Shown in pieces: positions 50,940-61,301 of a DNA stretch of 64,000 nt; the stretch's first letter is position 1; each line of letters opens with the position of its first letter. The position numbers and the translations under genes were made by a program. This stretch comes from a virus (Duplodnaviria > Caudoviricetes): positions 1-64,000 of IMG/VR virus record IMGVR_UViG_3300036964_000424. One strand, given 5' to 3'. The notes under the pieces were generated by a model. That model was not told the DNA's origin. It worked only from the letters and a program-made list of their open reading frames with translations, and made no database searches.

Positions 50940-51776
50940 ATGAGAAAAATTTATGATGTACAAACAATATTTAATGAAATGGATTTATGCTATTTAAGAT
51001 TTTCCATCTTAGATCCATACGTAGATTATTTTGTAGTAAATGAAGCGACTACAACCTTTTCGGGTAAGCCTAAAAAATTATATTTTCAAGAAAATATAGA
51101 TCGATTCAAGAAGTTTGAGCACAAAATTATTTATAATATGTTTGATGAAAATAAACCAGAATGGACACAATGGGATAGAGATTGTATCCATAAAAATGCT
51201 GCAATGAAAGCACTAGAAAAAAGCAATCTCGATGATGGCGATATTGTTTTTTATTCTGATGCAGATGAAATTTGGAATCCAAAAGCTGTTGATTTTTCTA
51301 ATTTTAAAGAAGATATACTTTATATTTTATACCAAAAAACATTTTATTATTATATTAATACAGAATGGTATGACATAAATAATCCTTATAAAGATATTTG
51401 GAGAGGATCCAAATATAGTTCATATGGTTTGTTAAAACAGCATTCTTTTGATACTTTTAGAGATTGGGGTTCTTATTTTCATCGGGATAATCAATATAAA
51501 AAAGAATATATTAATAATGGCGGATGGCATTTTTCTTTCTTGGGCGGTGCCAATAATATTAAATTAAAAATAGATAGCTACGGGCATCAAGAATTTAATT
51601 GCCCACCTTTTTTAGACAATATTCAAAATAATATTGATAATCTGAAGGATCCCTTTTTTAGACCATATTATAAAATAAGGGTTATTGACCTTGATCCTAA
51701 CATTTATCCGGCATATTTAATGGATCATCTAGATGAATATGATAAATATATTTATAGGGAAAACAGAAATGAATAA
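50940..51776 (+). CDS. GT17 (beta-1,4-GlcNAc transferase)-like protein
   Basis: FNE.D...LR...L...VDYFV..E...TFSG.PK, SDADEI, GGWHFS. Confidence 0.85.
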   Translation: MRKIYDVQTIFNEMDLCYLRFSILDPYVDYFVVNEATTTFSGKPKKLYFQENIDRFKKFEHKIIYNMFDENKPEWTQWDRDCIHKNAAMKALEKSNLDDGDIVFYSDADEIWNPKAVDFSNFKEDILYILYQKTFYYYINTEWYDINNPYKDIWRGSKYSSYGLLKQHSFDTFRDWGSYFHRDNQYKKEYINNGGWHFSFLGGANNIKLKIDSYGHQEFNCPPFLDNIQNNIDNLKDPFFRPYYKIRVIDLDPNIYPAYLMDHLDEYDKYIYRENRNE

Positions 51777-52506
51777 TTTTAAAATTCTATATCGCATTTC
51801 TAGTCAGGGGAATCCGCTAGGTCGCACGGAACTATCAAACACAGAATTGGCAGGTATTACTCGTCAAGATTGTTTTAATAATTTAGTAAAAGTATTTGGA
51901 ACTGTTAACTTAATTGTAATTGCGGATAATGCAAACGATGATGTAATTTCTTTTTTGAAATCTAAAGGTATCGATGATATTGAAAGAACTAATCTAGGGA
52001 ATACTAATAGTTTTCGTTATATCTTGCATAAAGCCATTTCCGAATTTGACGATAACGATATTATTTATTTTTTAGAAGATGATTATGTTCATAATTATGG
52101 TGCCGAAAAGATTATAAAAGAGGGAATAGAAATTTCAGATTATCTAACGCTTTATGACAATAAGGACAAATATATCGATACGGATAAAGGAGGAGACAAT
52201 CCTTTTGTTTATGGCGGAGGCGAAGATACAAAAGTAATGATTACTAATTCTTGCCATTGGAAAATAACAAACGCATTCACGATGTCTTTTGCATCTAAAG
52301 TAAAAACATTAAAAGAAGATTATGATACAATTATAAAATATTGTCCTCTAAATGCGCCGCATCCAATGGATTTCTTATTATGCCGCGAGTTGGCTACGCA
52401 AAAAAATCGCAAGCTAATTAGCCCTATACCAGGCTATTCTTCCCATATAGGATTAAATATGAGCCCGTTTGTACCATGGGTAAAATTGCTAAAAGGAGAA
52501 TTATGA
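51769..52506 (+). CDS. Putative glycosyltransferase
   Basis: GN..SF, IIYFLEDDY.H, SPIPGYS.H. Confidence 0.7.
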   Translation: MNNFKILYRISSQGNPLGRTELSNTELAGITRQDCFNNLVKVFGTVNLIVIADNANDDVISFLKSKGIDDIERTNLGNTNSFRYILHKAISEFDDNDIIYFLEDDYVHNYGAEKIIKEGIEISDYLTLYDNKDKYIDTDKGGDNPFVYGGGEDTKVMITNSCHWKITNAFTMSFASKVKTLKEDYDTIIKYCPLNAPHPMDFLLCRELATQKNRKLISPIPGYSSHIGLNMSPFVPWVKLLKGEL

Positions 52507-52573
52507 TTAAAGATATAGCGCAAGATGTACTAATAGTGGAACATAATAAATATATTTATAAGGGGAATAAAAA

Positions 52574-53239
52574 ATGAGCAAATTTGAAGAAATTTTTCCG
52601 TTAATTTATGTTATTAATTTGGATTCTCGACCTGATAGGCTCAATGCTAGCATAGAAGAATTCAAAAAAATTGGGCTAACCTCCATCAATAGAATGCCAG
52701 GGCAAGTATATACCTATGCCCCCGATGCTTATACCAATGGCGCTATTGGTTGTATGCTTTCCCACAAATTTTGTTTAGAAGAAGCATTGCGGCAAAAGAA
52801 AAACGTTTTCATATTTGAAGATGATATAGAATTTTTGCCATATGATAATTTAAATGAAATTATAGATCAATGCTGTGAGGAATTAGAAAGTATAGACTGG
52901 AGCCTAGTATATTTTTCTGGCAACTTACTTAGACCTGCATTTCAAAAAAGTAATCGCTTAGCTAAATTAACTCACGCCCAATCTACAGTTGCATATGGGG
53001 TCAAATATGAATTTATTGAAAAACTATTATCATATTTCCCTACAACTACTTTTACGGAGCCTATAGATATGACTTATGCTAATAGAGTAATCCCAGAAAA
53101 TAACTGCTATATAACTATTCCTATGATTGCAATTCAAAGAAAAGGCTATTCGGATATTGAATGCAAAGAAGTTGATTATAGCCAATATTTACAAAAGCGA
53201 TATTGGGAGAATTTGGTATATACCGAAGGGATATTATGA
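52574..53239 (+). CDS. GT25-like glycosyltransferase
   Basis: YVINLD.RPDR, GC..SH, IFEDD. Confidence 0.82.
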   Translation: MSKFEEIFPLIYVINLDSRPDRLNASIEEFKKIGLTSINRMPGQVYTYAPDAYTNGAIGCMLSHKFCLEEALRQKKNVFIFEDDIEFLPYDNLNEIIDQCCEELESIDWSLVYFSGNLLRPAFQKSNRLAKLTHAQSTVAYGVKYEFIEKLLSYFPTTTFTEPIDMTYANRVIPENNCYITIPMIAIQRKGYSDIECKEVDYSQYLQKRYWENLVYTEGIL

Positions 53240-54060
53240 AAGATTTCATTACGGTTATATTTTCACGAGACAGGGCATCTCAATGTGATTTGCTTTTAAA
53301 GTCTATAAATGCATGCACTAAAGAATACATGAATATTCATGTTATTTATACTTGTGATACCGATAGGCATTGGAGATCATACGAGAAACTTAAAAATAGG
53401 CACGGGGAAGCCAATTTTCACATTGAAACAACCTTTAAATATGATTTAATTTCCCTTATTCGATATTATAAATATGTTCTCTTTATGGTTGATGACAATA
53501 TTTGTGTATCTGATTTTAGCATAGAAAAGATTATAGATTTATTAGAAAAAAACAAGACTGCACTTGGGTTTAGTTTGCGGCTAGGAGCTAATTGCACAGA
53601 ATGTTATACGCTGTCCTGCAAGCAAGAAATGCCGCCTTCTACCAAAATAGCTGATAATGTATTTATGTATAGCTGGTTTGGTGCGAATGCAGATTTCGGG
53701 TATCCGCTGGAATTATCAAGTTCAATTTATAAGGTATCGGATATTATACCGATATTAATGAACGAAAATTTCTTGAATCCGAATGAATTAGAATGGAAAA
53801 TGCAATCTTATAATTATTGGTTTTCTACAAAAAAGCCGCACCTTTTGTTATACCAAACCAGTGCCTGCTTCTGCAATCCAATTAATAAAATAAATATTAA
53901 TAATAATCGAAGCGGGAATAATCCGGAATATTCAATAGAATCACTCTTGACAAAATACGAAAAAGGTGTTATCATTAAATATGATTTCAAAGGGTTTATT
54001 CCCAATGGATGTCATCAAGAAGTAGATATTGAATTTGGGCTTGAGAAAGGTGAAGAATGA
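53236..54060 (+). CDS. Putative glycosyltransferase
   Basis: IFSRDRA.Q...LL.S, FMVDD, FSLRLG, DFGYPL, PN.LE. Confidence 0.7.
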   Translation: MKDFITVIFSRDRASQCDLLLKSINACTKEYMNIHVIYTCDTDRHWRSYEKLKNRHGEANFHIETTFKYDLISLIRYYKYVLFMVDDNICVSDFSIEKIIDLLEKNKTALGFSLRLGANCTECYTLSCKQEMPPSTKIADNVFMYSWFGANADFGYPLELSSSIYKVSDIIPILMNENFLNPNELEWKMQSYNYWFSTKKPHLLLYQTSACFCNPINKININNNRSGNNPEYSIESLLTKYEKGVIIKYDFKGFIPNGCHQEVDIEFGLEKGEE

Positions 54061-54884
54061 GTCAGAAAAATAAATCTACAAAGTTTGTAAATATTGCTGA
54101 TCCACTTGTAAGTATTATTACTCCGACGTATAATCGTAGAAATTTACTCAAAAGAACTTTGGATTCTTTAGTAAATCAATCTTATAAAAATATAGAAATT
54201 TTAGTGATAAATGATTGCGGAGTAAACGTAGAAGATGTTGTGAACGAATTCAAAGATAATAGAATTAGATATTTTCAAAATGATAAAAATGTCGGATTGG
54301 CCGCGACGAGGAATGTCGGATTGGAAAACATGCGTGGGGATTATTTCTGTTTATGCGACGATGATGATATATATATGAAATATGCTATTGAAATACGCAT
54401 GTACCTGATGAAAAAATTAAATGCAGAAGCATCTTATACAAGATCATTATTAGATCATTGGGAAAAAAGGGGGGACGGGTATGTTAGTATTGGCAAAACC
54501 TTATACTGGAGCAATCCTTATTTCTCGAAGGATTTAATCCTTGTGCAAAATTTATGCCCTTGCTCGAACTCCACCGTCAGTCGAAAGGCATGGGAAAGGG
54601 CTGGCTGTTATCAGTTCGACAAAAATCTTACCACGACAGAAGATCACGACATGTGGATAGCAATCAGCAGAAAGACAGATTTTCATGATTTAGAAATAGT
54701 AGATACTGAATGTAGCCGGCGTAATGACAAAACGCAGATGACAAATAATTTAGATTTTTCTAAAAATTGGATTAAAGTATTTAAAAAATGGAGGCATACA
54801 GCAGAAAATTTAGAATGGGTTACAGAATCTCAAAATAGTATTCTAAGAAGTGTAGGGATCAATCCCGAAGATTATGGCTTGTAA
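54057..54884 (+). CDS. Glycosyltransferase family 2
   Basis: VSIITPTYNR, VINDC, G.AATRN.GL, CDDDD, EDHD. Confidence 0.9.
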   Translation: MSQKNKSTKFVNIADPLVSIITPTYNRRNLLKRTLDSLVNQSYKNIEILVINDCGVNVEDVVNEFKDNRIRYFQNDKNVGLAATRNVGLENMRGDYFCLCDDDDIYMKYAIEIRMYLMKKLNAEASYTRSLLDHWEKRGDGYVSIGKTLYWSNPYFSKDLILVQNLCPCSNSTVSRKAWERAGCYQFDKNLTTTEDHDMWIAISRKTDFHDLEIVDTECSRRNDKTQMTNNLDFSKNWIKVFKKWRHTAENLEWVTESQNSILRSVGINPEDYGL

Positions 54885-54930
54885 ATGGTACAATAAAAAC
54901 TGAATTTTATATGCAAGAAAGGGGTAACTA

Positions 54931-55701
54931 TTGCAAATTAATGATAACATTATTATAAAACAAGGTGATTGCTTGGAATTAATGAAAGAAATTCCAGATA
55001 AATCTGTTGATATGATTTTATGTGATTTGCCTTATGAGACGACTGCTTGCAAGTGGGATACAATAATACCTTTTGAACCATTATGGGAACAATATAACAG
55101 AATTATCAAAGACAATGGTGCTATTGTGTTATTTGGTTCGGAGCCTTTTTCGACAATGTTAAGATATAGCAATTTAAAGATGTATAAATACGATTGGATT
55201 TGGGAAAAATCTATCGGAGCCAATCCCTTATTATGTAAAAAACAACCTATGAGATATCACGAAAATATATCCGTTTTTTATAAAAAACAATGTGTATATA
55301 ATCCTCAAATGACAATAGGTAAGATGAGAGATAAAAAACCGAAAACGTGGGGAGATAAGACAGACGAAATATACGGAGGGGCTTTATCCCGCTTTAATGG
55401 AAAAAGTAATATAAATAATTTGTATTATCCGAGAAGTTATCAGTATTTTTCAAACGCTAATCAAAAAGATAGATTACACCCAACCCAAAAGCCAGTAGAG
55501 CTATGCGAATACTTAATCAAAACGTACACAAACGAAGGCGAAACAGTTTTAGATAATTGTGCAGGATCATTTTCGACAGCGATTGCATGCATAAATACTG
55601 GAAGGAGGTTTATTGGATATGAATTAGATGAAAAGTACTTTGAGATTGGTAAAAATAGAATATTAGATCATCTTACTAAAAAGGAAGAAATGTTATTTTA
55701 A
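54931..55701 (+). CDS. DNA methyltransferase, beta class, paralog of 33636
   Basis: CDLPY, HPTQKP, LDNCAGS. Confidence 0.92.
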   Translation: MQINDNIIIKQGDCLELMKEIPDKSVDMILCDLPYETTACKWDTIIPFEPLWEQYNRIIKDNGAIVLFGSEPFSTMLRYSNLKMYKYDWIWEKSIGANPLLCKKQPMRYHENISVFYKKQCVYNPQMTIGKMRDKKPKTWGDKTDEIYGGALSRFNGKSNINNLYYPRSYQYFSNANQKDRLHPTQKPVELCEYLIKTYTNEGETVLDNCAGSFSTAIACINTGRRFIGYELDEKYFEIGKNRILDHLTKKEEMLF

Positions 55702-55741
55702 AATCTGGATTTTATTATAAAAATTAGAAAGGAATATAATT

Positions 55742-55936
55742 ATGGCTAAATATTTTGTAGAATCATCGGAAATTGTAATTTATAGGACTGAGGTGGAAGC
55801 AGAAACACCCCAAGAAGCTATGGAAAAGATAGAAAGCTCCAACGGGGAAATTGTTGATCGCATTAAGGATGTTTCAATGCGGCATGATTTAGAAGCATTC
55901 GCAGTTTATGATGAAGATGATAATGAAGTATGGTAA
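55742..55936 (+). CDS. Small hypothetical protein
   Basis: AAAGGA RBS; VEAET..EA pattern. Confidence 0.55.
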   Translation: MAKYFVESSEIVIYRTEVEAETPQEAMEKIESSNGEIVDRIKDVSMRHDLEAFAVYDEDDNEVW

Positions 55937-56000
55937 ATAATTACTGGCACTCATGAAATTCACAACAATTCTTATATAACAAGAAAGGTAAAAAGTATAT

Positions 56001-56216
56001 ATGGAAATTAATAATCCTAAGATCAGTTTTGAATATACAAATTCTTTTGGCGATAAGGTAGCCATGAATACATCATTGGAAGATGATACTATTTTTGTTC
56101 TTGCCCAAGCATTTAAATCCTTTTTATACCAAGCTGGATTTTCTACAGAAAATATTAAAGAATTATTTGCAGACGGGCTGGACATTTCAGATAAATATTA
56201 TGAAATCAATTTTTAA
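56001..56216 (+). CDS. Small hypothetical protein
   Basis: F..FL...GF pattern. Confidence 0.5.
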   Translation: MEINNPKISFEYTNSFGDKVAMNTSLEDDTIFVLAQAFKSFLYQAGFSTENIKELFADGLDISDKYYEINF

Positions 56217-56548
56217 CAAACTTATAATTTTTTATTGTAATATATCTAAATTTATTATTTTGAAATATCTTACTGCTAAGAAGCTATTTAATAAGAAAGT
56301 AATATATTTTAAAAATAAAGATTTACGGGAGGAAATACTTTTAGACGAAAACTATACTCCGCACTATACTACAACCTATTCCAAAGCAATAGACATTGAT
56401 GCTAATAGTTTTAATATTATTAGAAATAATGTCGTAGAAGAAAAGCCAGTTCATTTTTCAATCAAGGTAAAAAGGGTGAATAAAAATAAATAGCAGAAAA
56501 AAGATATATCTTTTGGAAATTCAGTAAAAATAAAAGGGGCAAAAAAAG

Positions 56549-57076
56549 ATGATAGTTGCGGTAGATATAGATGATGTAATTATTAGTTTAGTTCCTACGT
56601 GGTTGCATTTATACAATAAAGACTATAAAGATAATTTATCTAAAAATGATATAACGGATTGGCAAATAGACAAATTTGTAAAACCCGAATGTGGGATAAA
56701 TATTTATAATTACATTGAAGATCCAAGGATATATGATCTTTGCAAGCCGGTAGAAAATTCTTTTGAAGCCATAAGCATTCTGCATGAACAAGCAAGAGTT
56801 ATATTCATAACATCTTCCACAATAGGTTGTGCCGGAAGGAAATATATATGGCTGAAAGAGCATGGGTATATTGATAAATTAGATGATTATATAGAGGCTA
56901 AAGATAAATATTTGATTAATTATGATTGTTTAATTGATGATAATTATTCCAATATTGTGCATTCTAACAAAAATAATTATTTGTTTAGTGCCCCATGGAA
57001 CTTAAAATATAATTATCCAAAAAGAATTAATAGTTGGGAAGAATTTATTGATGAAAGGAATGAATTTAAATGCTAG
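56549..57076 (+). CDS. 5'(3')-deoxyribonucleotidase (HAD fold)
   Basis: VDIDDVI, K..WL, K......LIDD, PWN. Confidence 0.85.
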   Translation: MIVAVDIDDVIISLVPTWLHLYNKDYKDNLSKNDITDWQIDKFVKPECGINIYNYIEDPRIYDLCKPVENSFEAISILHEQARVIFITSSTIGCAGRKYIWLKEHGYIDKLDDYIEAKDKYLINYDCLIDDNYSNIVHSNKNNYLFSAPWNLKYNYPKRINSWEEFIDERNEFKC

Positions 57077-57609
57077 TAATTACTGTCAGTGGTGCTGCGC
57101 AGCACGGTAAAGATTCCACCGCTAATATTCTAAAAGTAAAATTAGAATCTTTTCATAAAAAAGTTTTAATTATTCATATGGCTGATTATCTTAAATTTAT
57201 TTGCAAAGAATATTATGGATGGGATGGACAAAAAGATGAAGCTGGCAGAAAAATACTTCAAATAACTGGAACAGAAAAAGTAAGATCAAAATTTCCAGAT
57301 TTTTGGGTTGATATAGTTATAAAATTTTTAGAAGCTTTTGGAAATGATTTTGATTATGTAATAATACCCGATGCAAGATTCCCCAATGAAATAAATAAAT
57401 TAGAAGAATCTGGCTTTAGTACATTAGCGCTAAAAGTTGTTAGGCTGAATTTCGAAAATGATCTTACGCCAGAACAACGGTTGCATCCCAGCGAAAGGGA
57501 ATTGGATGAATTTGATTTTGATTATATAATTGAATCGGAATCGGGATTAAATAATTTATCAATTGAAGTTGATAAATTATATGAAAAATACAAAAATTTT
57601 TATTGGTAA
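57070..57609 (+). CDS. Deoxynucleoside monophosphate kinase
   Basis: SGAAQHGKD, AD.LK, R..LQ..GT, IPDARFPNE, HPSE. Confidence 0.85.
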   Translation: MLVITVSGAAQHGKDSTANILKVKLESFHKKVLIIHMADYLKFICKEYYGWDGQKDEAGRKILQITGTEKVRSKFPDFWVDIVIKFLEAFGNDFDYVIIPDARFPNEINKLEESGFSTLALKVVRLNFENDLTPEQRLHPSERELDEFDFDYIIESESGLNNLSIEVDKLYEKYKNFYW

Positions 57610-57624
57610 AAGGAGGAAGTATAA

Positions 57625-59358
57625 TTGAAAGTTAATGAAGATGTACTAAAATTATTAAAAGAAAAAGAATATTTTAAACAGGAATATAACGAAAACAGTT
57701 GGGATGATATTTGTAAAAGAGTATCCAAAGCCATAGCATCGCCCGAAGAAACTACTGAAATGAAAGAAAAAGTAGAATCCGAAGTTTTCAACGCTATGTC
57801 AAATTTAGAATTTATTTTCAGTACTCCTGTTTTATTGAATGCCGACGTAAATTCTCCAGGTCAATTATCCAGTTGTTTTATAAATTCTACAAGAGATACT
57901 ATAGAAGATATATGCAAATTGGATGCCCAATTCACAAAAATATTCCAAAAGAATGGAGGCGCAGGGACTGATCTGAGCGTATTGCGTCCGGCTAAATCCT
58001 CAGTTAATGCGAGCAAAGGCTATGCAGGGGGCGTCTTATCTTTTATGGAAAAGTACGATGCTACAGCAGATATTATGACAAGAAATAATCCGAGTAGAAA
58101 GGGTGCCCTCAAAATAAATTTACAATGCTGGCATCCGCAAATTATCGAATTCTGTCATTGCAAAGAAGATTTGAATAAATTAAACCGGATGAATATATCA
58201 GTATCGCTAACCGATAAATTTATGCAAGCTGTAATAAATGATGAAGATTGGAACTTAGTATTTCCTGATTATGAGAACTGCAAAGATATTTATGATTTAG
58301 AATGGGATGGAGATATAGATAACTGGATAGAAAAAGGTTATCCTATTAAAATATATCAAACAATAAAAGCAAAGGAATTACTAAAATTAATTTGCGAATG
58401 CAGTTATAAGACGGGCGACCCTGGATTTAACTACCAGACAACCATGAATAATGCGAATCCAAATAAGCATTTAGGCAAACAGGTATTTACAAATCCGTGT
58501 TCTGAATTTGTCAACATACCAGGCGCTTCTTGTAATTTGGCAAGCTTTAATCTTACAAAATTTGTAAAAACAAATAATGAAAATACATTTTTTGATTTCA
58601 ATGCTTTAGAAGATTTGGCATATAAATGTGTGAGATGGTTCGACAATATGATTACAATCAATAAACTTCCTTTAGATATTATCGACGATGTAACTAAAAA
58701 GATAAGACCTATTGGAGCTGGATTTTTTGGATTAGCCGACGCAATGTATATGCTGAAAATAAGATATGGATCGCCCGAAGCATTGAAATTTGCTGAAAGT
58801 ATAACCAAAACTATACGTGAAACATTAGAAAAAGCTTCTGTAGATTTAGCTAAGGAAAGGGGAGTTTATCCGGCATGGGAAGGAAGCGAATGGTGCAAAA
58901 AAAATATTAGAATAAGAAACAGCTCACTAGTTTCAATTGCACCTACAGGGTCAATATCTTTCATAGCAGGCGTATCGGGAGGTTTAGAACCTAACTATGG
59001 CTTATGCTATAATAGAAGAACTTATGATGGAAATATTTATTATATAGTAAATAGTATATTTAAAGCCGAATTAGAAAAATTAGGAATATATTCTGAAGAT
59101 TTAATGGAAAAAATATCTAAAAATAGGGGATCTTGCCAAGGAATAAAAGAAATCCCAAAAGATTTACAGGATATTTTTGTAGTTGCTTCAGACCTTACCC
59201 CTAAAGAGCATGTTGATATGGTTGCCGCTATTCAAAAGTATACAGATTTAAGCACGTCCAAAACGATAAATTTCGCCAATAAAGCTACTGTAGAAGATAT
59301 TTATGATATTATAATATATGCATGGAAACAAGGTTTAAAAGGATTGACTGTTTACCGT
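57625..59358 (+). CDS. nrdJ: Class II (B12-dependent) ribonucleotide reductase, exon 1
   Basis: QLSSCF, TNPCSE, CNLAS, SIAPTG, SKTIN, GLKGLTVYR. Confidence 0.9.
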
Positions 59359-59961
59359 TAACTATATGGCGGTCTTATATAGAAATATATATGGAAAAAT
59401 GCTTTAAATTGCGGGAACACCCTTAGAGATTTTATTACCAAATTATTTTGGAAACAAAATAATGGCATTTTTAATTAAAATGGTATGGTAAAAATATAAA
59501 ATATTGGGCAATCCGCAGCGAAATCTCTCTGGATAAAAATGGACAAAAATACTAAAGAAGAAATTATAGAAAAATATCTTAGCGGAATAAGTGCTAATCA
59601 AATATGCATTGAAAAAAGTATAAATATAAGTTCCGTTATGTATTTATTAAGAAAAAACAATATACCAATAAGGTCTATATCTGAAAATGTTAATAATTAT
59701 TATACAAAAAAGAAAAATTGTATAATTAATTTTGACGAAGAATTAAACGATATATTGTTAGGTAATTTATTGGGCGATGGGAGTATTAGGTTATCGATGG
59801 TTAATTGCATATACACTCATACCGATAAACATTTAGAATATGTGGAATGGATAAAAGATATTTTTAATTTAAGAGAGAGACGTTCAACGACTATAATAAG
59901 CAAGTCCTATCGGGATTATGGTATAGTCTGGTCTATAACGAAAGTTATAGTTAACACAACG
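59359..59961 (+). ncRNA. Group I intron (603 nt) in nrdJ
   Basis: P1 ACCGT/GCGGT; P AAATTGCGGGAA; Q GCAATCCGCAGC; R GTTCAACGACTA; S GGTATAGTCT; terminal G; splicing restores YR-DGCR. Confidence 0.9.
59539..59880 (+). pseudogene. Truncated LAGLIDADG homing endonuclease inside the intron
   Basis: HTH-like N-terminus then ILLGNLLGDGSI; rest of nuclease missing. Confidence 0.7.
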
Positions 59962-60537
59962 GATGGTTGCCGAGAAAATCAGGTATTAACCACAGATGCT
60001 ACTTATGCGGAAAAAGATGCTAAGCCTAAGCCTAAGTATGATTATATACAGCCAAGGGATAAAGATGATTTGGGGGAAACTTATGGATCCAATGTGAAGC
60101 GTAGAGTCGCCTGTGGGAATTTGTATATAAATATATGCCGAGATAGCGAAGGAGATTTAGTAGAAACCTTTATAAATACCGGAAAGGGGGGAATTTGTCA
60201 ATCTAACACTAACGCAATTAGCCGCCTTGTATCTTTAGCATTGCGCAGCGGCGTGAAAGTAGATTCTATTATAGATCAATTAAGCAATATTAAATGCCCT
60301 GCGTGTACAATACTTAAAGCACAGGGGAAAGAGGTGGAACAATCTTGCCCAGATGCCATAGCAAGGTATTTAAAAGAAAAATACGAACAAGGGAATATTG
60401 TTATAAAAGAAACTAAATCTAAAAGCAAGAAGCCAACCGAAAAAGATAATAAAATGATTTGCCCGAATTGCGGAGAAAAAATGAGACTGGAATCGGGCTG
60501 CATTACTTGTACATGCGGATTTAGCAAATGCGGATAA
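59962..60537 (+). CDS. nrdJ: nrdJ exon 2 (TSCPD domain and Zn ribbon)
   Basis: DGCRENQVL, CGNLYI, SCPDAIA, CPNCG...GCITC.CGFSKCG. Confidence 0.88.
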   Translation, partial: DGCRENQVLTTDATYAEKDAKPKPKYDYIQPRDKDDLGETYGSNVKRRVACGNLYINICRDSEGDLVETFINTGKGGICQSNTNAISRLVSLALRSGVKVDSIIDQLSNIKCPACTILKAQGKEVEQSCPDAIARYLKEKYEQGNIVIKETKSKSKKPTEKDNKMICPNCGEKMRLESGCITCTCGFSKCG

Positions 60538-61061
60538 ACTTAGAAGACAATAATATAAAAAGGATTATAATGATAAGAGTTAGAGGATTCGAAAAAATAA
60601 GTTTAAATATTTTTGCAGATAATATATTATTCAATGATGTTAAAGAAATTTATGAAAAAATCAAACTCCCTAAACGTAGTACAAAGAGCTCAGCAGGATA
60701 TGACATATTTTCTCCAATACCATTTATTTTACAGGCTGGGGAAGAAATAACATTGCCTCTTGGATTTAAAGTATATATGCCAGAAGATGAATTTTTTATG
60801 ATCGTTCCGCGAAGCGGTTTAGGATTTAAATATTATACAAGGCTTGCTAATTCTGTCGGAATAATTGATTCTGATTATTACGGGAATACAAAAAATGATG
60901 GGCATTGTATGGCTAAAATACGCAATGAAAGCTCAGACAAGACTATTTGTATTGAAGAAGGCGATGCTATTGCTCAAGGTATTTTCTTAAAATACCTTTT
61001 AGCAGATAATGATGCTGCTAATTCTGAAAGAGTTGGAGGATTTGGATCTACTGATAAATAG
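60528..61061 (+). CDS. dut: Trimeric dUTPase
   Basis: SAGYD, PRSGLG, GIIDSDY, AQGI, R.GGFGST. Confidence 0.92.
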   Translation: MRINLEDNNIKRIIMIRVRGFEKISLNIFADNILFNDVKEIYEKIKLPKRSTKSSAGYDIFSPIPFILQAGEEITLPLGFKVYMPEDEFFMIVPRSGLGFKYYTRLANSVGIIDSDYYGNTKNDGHCMAKIRNESSDKTICIEEGDAIAQGIFLKYLLADNDAANSERVGGFGSTDK

Positions 61062-61077
61062 CTTCTAAAAAGTGGTA

Positions 61078-61112
61078 AAAAAATAGGGTACAATAAATGT
61101 ACCCTATTTTTT
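61078..61112. terminator. Bidirectional intrinsic terminator between convergent arms
   Basis: AAAAAATAGGGTACA-ATAAA-TGTACCCTATTTTTT. Confidence 0.85.
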
Positions 61113-61193
61113 AATACAGAATAGATTTATGATGCGAAACACGTTTAAATATCGTCAAAATCTCTTATGCGGAATACGTTCACGATGATTGAT

Positions 61194-61301
61194 TCAAATT
61201 TGCTCCGCCAAAATTGCCAGCACTTCTTCGCGTAAATTTTCAGGCACGTCCTCAATCGTCTTGATGCCCTTTTTGATTAACGCCGCGTAAATTTTAGCCA
61301 T
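61194..61301 (-). CDS. CD1375-like small protein (35 aa, absent from ORF track)
   Basis: MAKIYAALIKKGIKTIEDVPENLREEVLAILAEQI with GGAGG RBS. Confidence 0.75.
   Translation of the reverse strand: MAKIYAALIKKGIKTIEDVPENLREEVLAILAEQI

Noticed and set aside
54287-54324. 13-bp direct repeat AATGTCGGATTGG
   Set aside because: Encodes the NVGL..RNVGL motif of a GT2 protein.
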